DNA of 64,000 nt from Amphiscolops sp. MND2022 (lineage: Eukaryota). Positions 13,401 through 25,400 of the stretch are shown here, in pieces. The translations under genes were made by a program, and so were the position numbers. Each line of letters begins with the position of its first letter. Positions within the stretch are counted from its first letter, which is position 1. The DNA lies in the NCBI GenBank assembly GCA_964187785.1, contig OZ076415.1:29264001-29328000 (forward strand). The letters are read 5' to 3'. A model generated the notes under the pieces. The model saw only the letters and a list, made by a program, of their open reading frames with translations, was not told the origin of the DNA and did not search any database.

Positions 13401-16400
13401 CGGTATTGTGTCAATCTCGAGTGGTCTCTAATTTTTCAAAAACTTGAGGCCGCCCATGATTTCACACGAGAAGTTTTTGATTTCAAAACTTGAAAAAATA
13501 CTTTGTAATTGTTTAAAAGTGATCACTTACAAATTTTAAAAATAATTTAAACAAGCCGGGACCGGCCCAAGTCGGCGCCATATCTAAGGCTCAAAAATAG
13601 CAAAGGATTTCAAAGTGGCAAAGTATTTCTACTACAGTTCCCGAAAAACCCAAAAGTTGGACCGAATTGGCGCGCCAGGGAGATGCTTCGAGATTTCTCA
13701 TTCAAATTGTGGCAAATCAAAAAAATTGATAGGGGACCCTCCGGTGAAATTTTTTTTTGAAAAAAAATCTTACAATGCCGAAAAAACTGAAAGGAGACCC
13801 TTTAGTCTCGCCCGGTATAGAATGTTACGCGGAAAAAAAGGAAAAACCTTTTTGGTTCAGTTCCCTGGGCCAACAGGTACAATTTGGCGCCTTAAAATTT
13901 TGTAGAACTTTTGGTAGAACTAATTTGGTCACTTCAGGTGTATTGAAAAAAAACAATGACGAAACATGACTATAGTCGACTCCTTTCTGAAGGAAAGCAC
14001 CGACTAGAAAACAGAAAATCAATCAAACAAATACATGAAACAATTACATTAACGAATATCAATTTCAGTGTCAAAACAAATCAACAGTTTTGAAGTTATG
14101 AAAAATATGAGTATGTTCTCTGAAGAAACAACTAACCTAGTTTTTAAGCTCGTTTATAAAAAATGAATGTTTATTGGCTTTTCAGTCCATGAGCATATGA
14201 TAGTGGATACTAAAAACTTGAGTTTCAAGGAGGCACTGTCGTTAAAGAAAAACCACAAATTTCGGATTTGCAGGTCATGACGCACAACCTGTTTTTTTGG
14301 AGTCTATGATCAGGCGATGAAACGTTTCAAATTCTTGGAAGCAAAAGGATGAGGGACTAAGTTTCTCAACCACTTCTCTTGTTTATCTATGATACTTCCC
14401 ATCAAGAAACAATAAATACTGTTTTTTTGGAAAGCTAGTAAAGATTCAAGATTCCATAACTTCTAAACAAAAAGTATCAAGTTTTTTCATGTCTAATTTT
14501 TGAGCCCCTTCAGACAGTCTTTCTATTGCTTTTGCTCGGTTACAAAACTCCATCAAAAAGCTTTCGCGTTGAAAAAAAAGACTGCAAAGGCTCCTTATAA
14601 TTCGATTTTTCTCTCGGAAGCGATGTTCCTTCAAATTCTTAACATACGTAAAAAATATATTACGGTACTCCTGACTAAGTGTGGTCCCTACAAAATTTAT
14701 GCAGCCAGCCTGAAAACTCCTGACTTAATGTGGTTCCTAGCATCAGAGACCACATTCTTTCAGTTACAAATGTCCGAGTTTCAGAAATGACTCTTGCTTG
14801 GCAAGATACTAGAAAAGAGCATAAAACTTAAGTGAAATCAAAACATTTGTTGGATTGATCTAAGGTATGGCCCATACCGTATGGGTATGTTCTCTGAACA
14901 GATTCTGTTTTTAATTTTATGCAGTTGTGTAACCTGTGTGTTCAATCTGTAAGACATTAGTTCAAATTCTCCATCAGGGGGCACAAAAGAAATTGTTCGG
15001 TCGTTGTCAAATCTGGACAGTCGTACACATTGGTGGAACTTCACATCTTCCAGTTCAACTGCTTTGCTTTTAGCTCCTAAACAACCACTACTACAATATA
15101 TACAACTCAGATCAACCATCATCAGCGGTGCCATGGTGTAGTGGTTATCACGTCTGCTTTACACGCAGAAGGTCCCCAGTTCGAGCCTGGGTGGCATCAC
15201 ACTTTTTCAACAGTTTGTTCCGTTTTATACTAGTGAATTTTATTTTGATACATCATGCAGAATTTCAGCTCAAACAATTCCATGAAAGACATTTTCTCAG
15301 AGCAATAGCAAATTCAGTACTTTCACTTTCAAAAAAGCGATTTTCTGAGAGCTTCCAACTGAGATTCTCAAAACATGAGACCGTGATAAGTTACAGCAGC
15401 AGGGGTGTAAAATATTGTATTGCAATATTATTTTACCTAAAAATCAATTATTTTAATTGAACTCAGGCAAAAATAAATTATTGTTTAAGAACAATAAATT
15501 ATTGCGCAAATTTTTCAATTATTGTCAGAAACATCAACAATATGCGAACCTGTGAGTTCGTTCCAAAAGTTTTTATTGCTTTTCAAGAAAACTTGGGATT
15601 CCAAATTGACGGGCGTCGTTTCTTTTCGGTAATCTGTAAAAACGCCTCGCACCACACTGAAGAGCCTTTCTGGAACATTCGAAGTATGTTTACTCGTTTT
15701 GTTTACTTTGCACACGCTGCACGCTGCAAACGGTTTGCAGTTAATACCCGTACTGCATTTTATCAAACAAAATAATTTTGGCCTAAAAACCAATAATTGC
15801 AGCAAAAAAATAAATAATTTATATTGTTTTGATGTGAAAAATAAATAATTGCAATATATTTATTGCAATATATTTTTCAACAATTATTTATTTTACACCC
15901 CTGTACAGCAGGCCGTGGAACTTTTTCCTTTTCCCCCCACACTTTTCAATATGATGTTTTTGCAATTAATTATATCTCGATTGCTTTTCCAATGAAACAG
16001 TTCAGTTTTAAATTCATTCTCAGGATGATAGTTTAGGATTCAGATAAAACTTTGTTCACACTTTTTCCCTATGTAGTTCCGCAATTTTGATGAAGAAATC
16101 AACAGCTTCCTGTTTTGAGTCATTAATAAACACTCAATACGAACATGATTATAGTCAAATTGTGTGAACAATGTTTTGTTCAAGCGGAAAACTACTCTAA
16201 TAGTGTGGAGACAACAAAACAAAGGAAAAGACTTATTCGAAGAAATATTGAATGATATAGTCAAATATAATCCTTTATGTTGAGTTTGTTTTCTTTAAAA
16301 AGTGTGGGGGGGAAAGGAAAAAGAGCCCAGGCCGTCATAGATTTTAATTTTACCTATTTCGTTCGTTAATGAAGTCGGCCAAAATTTAGTTTGGCGTACT

Positions 16401-19400
16401 TCCTCCCTAAAATACCGGATTATATGCATTCTTAAAAAAGACCGATTATGTGATTTTAGAGGCGAGCATAAAATTGCGGTGCCTGGTTATGAACATACAT
16501 ATATACTTGATTTCAAAAATTAAATTACTTTGTAATCATGGTTAAGGGTTATTCAGAAAAAAATGAACTAACTTACAAATTTAATACAAATCATATCAAT
16601 CATAATGTACATCAGGGCTGCCCAAAAATTAATTGATTGAAAATTAATTGCAATTAATTGCTAGAAATTAATTGATTGCTAGAATTTGCAATTAAAATTA
16701 ATTAATTTTTTCGTTCCAATTAATTGCAATTAATTGGTGTAATACATGTATTTCATGCATTTGCAACTTGCAAGTGAATCTGCTGCATATTCATTCGGTG
16801 ATTTCCGTCAAAGTCTGCTACCAATGAATTTGGAGATGCAACTTTTCCTGAAGATGAATAAAAGATTTTGGGACGAACAAATTCTTGCATCAATTGTTGC
16901 TTGAATTCATTATTGTGATTAATAGTTTTGTTGTTACTTAATAGAGTAGAGATACAATTAACTGCAATTAATTGCAGTTAATTAATTTTTCAGAAGAGCA
17001 ATTAAAATTAATTGATTTTCATTGTTGAAGTGGCAGCAATTAATTGCAATTAATTTTTGGGCACCCCTGATGTACATCATCATCAACTAACATCAAGAAA
17101 GAAAAAATTTAACAATTTCGAAGTTATTGAAAGTATATTCTCTAGGAAAAAAACTAGCCTAATCTTTCTTAAGTTCGTTTATAAAAATTGAATGTTTAAT
17201 GGTTTTTCAATCCATGAGCATACGATAGTGGATACTAAAAATTTGAGTTTCAAAGAGGCCCTGTCGTTGAAGAAAAACTTCCAATTTCGGATTTGGAGGT
17301 CATTGCGTAAACCCCGCGTTTTTTGCAGTCCATGACCAAGTGATGAAACGTTTCAAATTCTTCATCGCATTGGAAGCAAATGGGATGAGGGACTGTTTCT
17401 CACTAAGGAACATATATACATGTATAGTTTAATTCAATCGAATCCGGTTTGAATGCCTGCAAAAATAAGAACAACGTCTTCTCAACTGCTTCCAAGCCCG
17501 GCTAGCTCAGTCGGTAGAGCATGGGACTCTTAATCCCAGGGTCGTGGGTTCGAGCCCCACGTTGGGCGTACTTTTTATTATTATGTAACCAATGAAAAAT
17601 GAACAAACTTGTCCGACCGACAGGGGCGGTCAAAACTTAATTGTCATTGCAATTAATTGCAATTCTTCATTGCAATTAATTGATTGCTTCACTTGTGCAA
17701 TTACAATTAATTGATTGCGCTCTTACCAATTAATTGCAATTAATTGCATATCTTAGTTATTACAATTATTAAGTGCATTTCTTAGAAGCCCGTACTAATA
17801 AAATACTAAGTCCGTATTTCTTGGAAAAGACCATGCTGACTTTTGCACTTCAGATTTTTGAAAATGCCGCAGCAAGACGTTAAAGCTATAGTCAAGCGAT
17901 AGGCTCTTTTCTGTTCAACTGTACAACTGACACCCTCTCAGAGGAAGAAAAAGAACAACTTTCAATTTTAAAGTATCCAGAGACATCCGGCCGAGAAGAA
18001 ACACAGAATCCTGAAAATGAGAGCGACTTTGCAGCAAGTATTATAAAGAAAAGAAAAATTGCCACAGGGGTTATGCGGTCCCAACCCCGATATATGGACT
18101 CGCATTTTCTACTTCCCACTTTGAATTTGCTTGAGATTTTTTTAGTACTGCGGAATATGCCTATTCTGAGCTGCGGCAGTTGTTGCCGCAAAATCTGGAA
18201 ATGCAGCTATTTCTGAAAATCAACAAAAAGTACTGGGATAATGAACTCGTGTCCAAAGTTGTTGCTGAAAACTGGTTTTCCCTTTGCAATTATTGCAATT
18301 TAATTTTGGGTTGTATCAATTAATTGATAATTGATTTTTACTATTCCAATTAATTGCAATTCAATTTTTGGATGCGCAATCAATTTCTGACCGCCCCTGC
18401 CGACAGATCCTAACTGAAAACACGTCAAAATATTGAATAATAAATTCTGAAATTCCCTGAAGTTAATCCTGAAAATGCGAATCAAAACCGAGCTAGTGAA
18501 CGGTGTCGTTGTGTAATTGAACAAATTGAATTCTGAGGTAAAATCAGGGCTGGGCAAAAAATAATGGCCACATTATGGGCCGTCTTGAATAAATTTTATT
18601 CTTTTTCAAAATAATTATTTTGTATTCGCATCCTTGAAAAATTTTTTTTTCGTGGTTTGCTAATTCTGTTCACAACATCGTGCAAACATGCGAGCATAAC
18701 GCTTTGATATGGGAAATAATTTATTTCTGCGTAGGTGGATATCTGTGGTGAAATTTTGGAGGACAGATAAATTTTTTGCGGGGGGCATTAGCAAACAACA
18801 TCCTTTTTTTTCAAGGAAAAAAGAATAATGACCATAATGCAGGGAAGTTAAATATTGTATTGCAATATTATTGTGAGACATAAAACAATATATGGTTATT
18901 CTGAATTTTGTTGAAACAATATTTGCAATAATGGCAATTAATGTGTCTACGAAAAAGATTGTTTGAAAAATCAATCAAATGAATTTATTGATCAAATTAA
19001 CATCCCAAAATTGTTCGTTTATCATTAGAAATAATTGGCATTCGAGATGCATGGGCAGCATTTTTTTGCGATATTGATTTAAAAAGTATTTAGCTTGACT
19101 GAAAAGCCTCTCCGCCAAATTGGAAGTAGTTGGTGTACCCAACTCAGGTTTCCGAATTCTCCGTGACTCATCTTTGGGACCTTGGCCTTAAGTATATGTT
19201 CCGCAAAAGAAGTGGCTTCAACGGTGGTTGAGGTTGTCAGCACTTCTTCAGTTGCACTTCCCCCAAAGCACTTGCTTAAAATCAATTTTTCGTCGCAGCT
19301 GAGGGATCTCTCTTCAGGTATTTATACATCGCTCTTTCAAAAACAGGAGAATGCACATGCACAATTCATGAAGCTGTTTGCCCCAAATAATGTTCAAATT

Positions 19401-22400
19401 CAGAATAATTTATGCAAAGATCGTCGAAAAGGACACGTGATTGTAATTTGTTTGAATCTCTCGCTTGTAGAGCCCGCGACACTGAAGTAATTTTTTCAAT
19501 TCGTCAAAAATCTTTTGCAGCTCAAGCTCTTCTGATGCACTGGGAATGTGTACTGCAAGATCAGGGCCAGTATGATCCAAAAAACCCTTCATTTCAAAAT
19601 ACCTTGACAGCATTTCGAATGTCGATGACCAACGCGTTTTTCGAGATAACCGACAAATGTTTGGCGAGCCATCAGTTCGAGTTTGGTAAATTCAGCAGTT
19701 AAGATATTGTTCACAAATGAGAATGGAAGCCCTTTCAACGTTATCCATCGCAGCCAGAAATAGATATTTGTTGCCTTCTTAGAATCCCCGAACGTGTGAG
19801 TGAAACGCGATTGAGCCATAGCTCGACAATCATCTTGGTAATTTGGGTGTTCTTTAGTTATATGGTCCAATAAATTATTATAACCCGCCTTCAAGTAATT
19901 ATTGTATACAATATTATTGCAATTATTGTGACCTACAATTATTTTTTAACACCCCTGCCATAATGTTAACCCTAAATGGACGACAGTACGAAAACGTACC
20001 GAGTTGTTTGGAAGTCGCTTATAATTTACCATTACGTCAAAATTCTAATATCTTTCACTCATGCAACGTGATCGAATGAAAGCTACATTAGGATGGTTTT
20101 AATTCTCAATTTCGATTGGCTAACGAAAATTTGCAGCCAAATTTCTGCAACGAAGTCTCAAATAATCAAAGACGACTTTGATGTAAATGTGAAAACGTTG
20201 AAAATAACACAAATAAAAGCGTGAGCAAAACGTTTTCTTTACAGCATTGACTCGCAGTCACGTATTTTGACTTGGTAAAATCAATTTTAATGTGCCGATA
20301 CGGGGACGGTTCAAATCGTAGAATATTCAAAGCGTCGAAAGCAGTTTACACGTAGTAAATACTGCGCGTCATAGTCGCGTGACAAAATTTTCATTCCATG
20401 AACCAATCAAATTCAGTAAAATGAATAAGCACAAGCGACGAACTAATTACGATAACGTAGCTATGTCCACATACTCCTGGTGCCCTAAATGCAGGAGTGA
20501 AGCGAAGCGGAGCGACGTGCCATCAAGCCATGCCTCAATGTTGCTACTTGGCGAAGGGAGCGAAACGACCGAGTCATACAACAAATATGCTAACCTCTTC
20601 AAATTATAACCTGAAAATAATCGCTGCTATGGAATTCTTTCGACGCTTTGAATAGCTTTGATTTTTTCGACGGTTTGAATCTACGATTTCAATAGTCACC
20701 GTGCCAATACCTGGCATTTACAAAAATTCACGTGAATAACTGGTTCGAAATCGTACTTCCTGACTCAGAAACGACCAGTTCGAAATCGGACCAATTGAAA
20801 AACTTCGGTTATAAAATAATTCTCAAGTATAAGTCAGCCTTTTATCATCAACAACTGGTATTTACTCAAGAAATATATGAACAATTCGAATGCACAGTTG
20901 TTTTCTCAACCGGAAAAAGGGATGTCATTTTATTGACGGAAACAGTTACCAACGTCGTTCTACGAGTTCAATGGCGACATGATTCGACTTGGCAAGGATC
21001 AGTTCAGAAAATATTTGACTTTGCAATGCAACACTGGAAATTATCTGGGACGACGGCTCTATAAACGTGGTTGATCTCAAAGCCCTACTACCACTCAACA
21101 CACCATCTTTTATCAATCAGGAAGTTACTTGGCTCGGTAATGATTCTTACAAGGGGGTCGGTCATTGAAAAAGTCAGTTATTCTTCTGAACCAGAAACCA
21201 GCAGAGTTTCAAACAAAGAAATAAAGACCACAGTTGTCTGTTCCAGGAAGAGAACAGTACTTTGGGGAAATGCGAGCAGTGATAACGACAGAGAAGAAAG
21301 CACAATTCAAGAAAGCGACAACGACGTTCCGCTATCTGACTCGGAGGTGGAAGGTGAACAAACGTTAGCAGGACTGGCTGGATCTTGGAGATTTCTGAGG
21401 ACAAAGAAACACCCTGATTCTTCTTTTTTGGAAGTTAATCTCAATGAACATCCTATGCGCAGCCGTTTAGAATTATTTTGATCATTCTCGGCGACAAAAT
21501 GACTTGTGAAAAATTCGAAAGCATTACAGCCAATTTACATTTTGACGATGAGAAGTACTCTGGGCGGACAAAACAATTCCAGTTGATTGTGGATCGATTC
21601 AATGAAGTTGCGGGGCAATTATATATGGAAGAACATCTTTCCAATGACGAGCAATTAATTCCCTACCAAGATACAAAATCCAGCATCAGGCAGTAAAATC
21701 CAAAGAAACCAAAAAAGTGGGGTTGGAAAATCTTCGCTCATTCAGGAGAGTCAGGTCTCATTCATGCTGTGGAATTTTATGGATAAGATGTTAGCATACC
21801 GGTCGATGGGGAAAATGTGAAAAGCCCGGACAAGTTGTTTTGCGGTTGGCGAAGAACATTCCACTCGGCAGAAACTTCAAATTGATTTTTGATAACTGGT
21901 TCAACTCCCCGGGTGTCCAAGTAGCTTTAGCAATGCGTCAGATTTGGAGGAACATTGGTACTCTGATGGTTAACCGTGCTCCAGGCTTGAAATTCGAAAA
22001 TAAATCGAAGCCGGAACGAGGAACATACGTCTGTAAGGTTCAAAAGCAGCAAAATATCACCTTGTTCGCAACTCAATGGTGGGATAACAAACCGGTTACA
22101 CTCCTCAGTACATTAGTCTCTGGTAGCCCGGAAGGAAACGTGAAACGCTATGACAGAGCGAATCAAAAGTACCTGAATATTGCATCACCTGCTTGTATAG
22201 GTGTGTACAATAAACACTTGGGTTATGTCGACGAAATAAACTCCCACTTAGGTAGGTTTAGTCACAACGCACTGCCGAGCAAGAGCTTACTTGAAAATTT
22301 TTCTCAACTTTGTGAACATAGTGGCTATCAACTGCTGGATTCAGTATATCAGAGACTGCAAAAAAGTCAAATCCCTAAGAAAGAGCGTTTCCCTTGTACA

Positions 22401-25400
22401 ATTTCAAAGCACGTTTAGCTGAAAGATTGTGTCTGACGGACGTGGCACTGGTTCACAGCAGGTGCTCGGTCATGAATCAAAGCATTTATTAAGGAAGGCA
22501 ACCGGGACTAAGGCCTAAGGCCCCTACTAATGACTTGCGTGTGGATGACATAGGGCATTCGCCTATTGGTGTTGAAGTTCGGAGAGAGGTGAAAACTGTC
22601 GTATTCAGGGTTGCAAGTCTAAGCCGGTAACCAAATGCAGCAAGTGCAACGTGCTTTTGTGCATCACAGCCAAAGATTGCTTCCTGGCCTTTCATACCGT
22701 CAAAAACTTGAGAAAAACTCAATTGAACTATTTTAAACTTTCTGTCAATTGTGCCCGAATGGTACGATTTCGTACTAATGCTCTTAATACCCTGTAGGTA
22801 AGTATATGTACCATTTACTGTATGGCAAGGTAAAACTTTCAACAATCCATGTTTTTAACGAAGTTATTCAAGCTTAACAAATATGGATCAACTCGGTACG
22901 TTCGAAATTTGAATCATCGTCCTTTTAGGGTTAAATTGTAGAAAAATGATCCAAAAATTTAACATTAGGAAATGAAGATACTAAAGATTCAGTATTTCGT
23001 CAACGGTTTTTGCCCACCACAATGCTTTGTTTACAAACAGAAAAAAGCAACCTTCCAGTTGTAATGATGTCAAGTTGTGTCTCAAATAACCTTGTATACC
23101 CTATAAGGGAGTGCGTCAAACAAGCAGACAAGTCAAATAGCATAAAAGTGTGAGTCACAGCAAGCAGTGACACGAGAAAGTAGGCCCCTTGTAAACAAAA
23201 GCCTGGCGAACCAGAGCAACAAAACAAAACAAGAAAGCACTTTCAGAAATTCATGTTTGTAAGTTACGTACAATTTAGCTTATTATTTTAAAGAAGTTAC
23301 ACAATTACAGTTATTTTTACGTGTTTTATACAAAATTTTGTAAACTTTACTTTTGCAGTGAACCCCTCATTTAAATCTTGTCTAATTATTCTGAGCCCTC
23401 ACTTACTTACGTTCATGCCCAATTAACTAGAGCTTATCCAAAGCCTGCTATAATTAACTGCAGATTTTGAGTTCCTACAAGTTTAAAACTGGAATCTTAA
23501 TCTTGTTCTTTCGAACCCGTTTATTCTTGTTCATTCTGTTTATTAATATTGTTTAACAATAAGAAAAATCTGAACACAAAATTGTCAATCTAACGAGCAG
23601 TAGCCAACCGAAGAAGAATCAAACTCAGATCTTTAACTCAGCCGCCCATAGCCCGCCCAAAATGTTAGTTTGCTAAATTTGTGAAAGTGTTTTTACTTTG
23701 TTTCAACTCTTAACCCTAACTTCATTTTAGATTTAAATTCTCCAAAAAGTTAAAATACGTTTTTCCTTTCACTCAAGATATCCCTTCTACGACAGTCTTA
23801 AAGCCTAAGTAATTTTAAATTACTGAATTCCAAATTACCTTAACGGTCAGCGAACCCGAACAAAGAAAATAAAACAATTTCACAAACAAGACCATTAAAA
23901 AATGTTGACAGGAGTGGGATGGATATCTTGAGTGAAAGGAAAAACCTATTTTAGCTTTTTGGGGAAGAATTAAATTGAAAATGAAAGAAAATAGTTAGAT
24001 GGAACAAAGTAAAAACACTTACAAACTTTTTCCGTGTAGTCATCACTTTGCACGTTTCCGTGCCCTTTCCGCACGTTTCAGTGTTGTGCACATTATACGC
24101 ATGTGTCCGTGCCCAATTCATGTCCATACTTATGTGACCAGCCTCCAAACAAAAAAAGAGGACTTATCTCTTGAAAGTAAAGCTTTTATCACTTTGTAGC
24201 TCTAAACCTCACTTTACCAATACAGTTGTCAAGCCCCCCTAAACTATAACAAACCCTGAAACTGGCTTTAATCTTTTGTTTTGTTTCAGGTTTCCAGCCA
24301 AGCGCCGTGGGAGCGAGTCTGTAAACATCTTCTGGAAAGATCGCGTCAATTACCCCCGGCGACACTGCACCGATGCTAGATGAACGAGACTGTACAATCT
24401 TAAGGGCCAACCCCCACAGCGGAACTGTAGTCTTAAGAAGAGTGTATGCCACCCCCAATCAGCGTAGTTTCATGCGCCCGTCAACGGCAAATTTCAAAGC
24501 ACGTTTAGCTGAAAGATTGTGTCTGACGGACGTGGCACTGGTTCACAGCAGGTGCTCGGTCATGAATCAAAGCATTTATTAAGGAAGGCAACCGGGACTA
24601 AGGCCTAAGGCCCCTACTAATGACTTGCGTGTGGATGACATAGGGCATTCGCCTATTGGTGTTGAAGTTCGGAGAGAGGTGAAAACTGTCCTATTCAGGG
24701 TTGCAAGTCTAAGCCGGTAACCAAATGCAGCAAGTGCAACGTGCTTTTGTGCATCACAGCCAAAGATTGCTTCCTGGCCTTTCATACCGTCAAAAACTTG
24801 AGAAAAACTCAATTGAACTATTTTAAACTTTCTGTCAATTGTGCCCGAATGGTACGATTTCGTACTAATGCTCTTAATACCCTGTAGGTAAGTATATGTA
24901 CCATTTACTGTATGGCAAGGTAAAACTTTCAACAATCCATGTTTTTAACGAAGTTATTCAAGCTTAACAAATATGGATCAACTCGGTACGTTCGAAATTT
25001 GAATCATCGTCCTTTTAGGGTTAAATTGTAGAAAAATGATCCAAAAATTTAACATTAGGAAATGAAGATACTAAAGATTCAGTATTTCGTCAACGGTTTT
25101 TGCCCACCACAATGCTTTGTTTACAAACAGAAAAAAGCAACCTTCCAGTTGTAATGATGTCAAGTTGTGTCTCAAATAACCTTGTATACCCTATAAGGGA
25201 GTGCGTCAAACAAGCAGACAAGTCAAATAGCATAAAAGTGTGAGTCACAGCAAGCAGTGACACGAGAAAGTAGGCCCCTTGTAAACAAAAGCCTGGCGAA
25301 CCAGAGCAACAAAACAAAACAAGAAAGCACTTTCAGAAATTCATGTTTGTAAGTTACGTAGAATTTAGCTTATTATTTTAAAGAAGTTACACAATTACAG

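Larger units (their letters stand above)
19970..22930 (+). mobile_element. piggyBac element with a pseudogenised transposase
   Basis: TTAA on both sides; TIR CCCTAAA(T/A)GGACGA...AACGTACCGAGTTG. Broken frames: DEQLIPY..., KPKKWGWKIF, FDNWFNSP, WWDNKPVTLLST, YNKHLGYVD, and the C-terminal SKCNVLLCI..KDCFLAFH. Confidence 0.93.

Noticed and set aside
16613-18399. AATTAATTGCAATT repeats as a satellite or regulatory array
   Set aside because: They are subterminal repeats of hAT elements bounded by TIRs and TSDs.
18545-19957. Single intact hAT transposon
   Set aside because: The flanking 8-mers GGTAAAAT and CCATAATG do not match and the termini differ; it is probably a composite.
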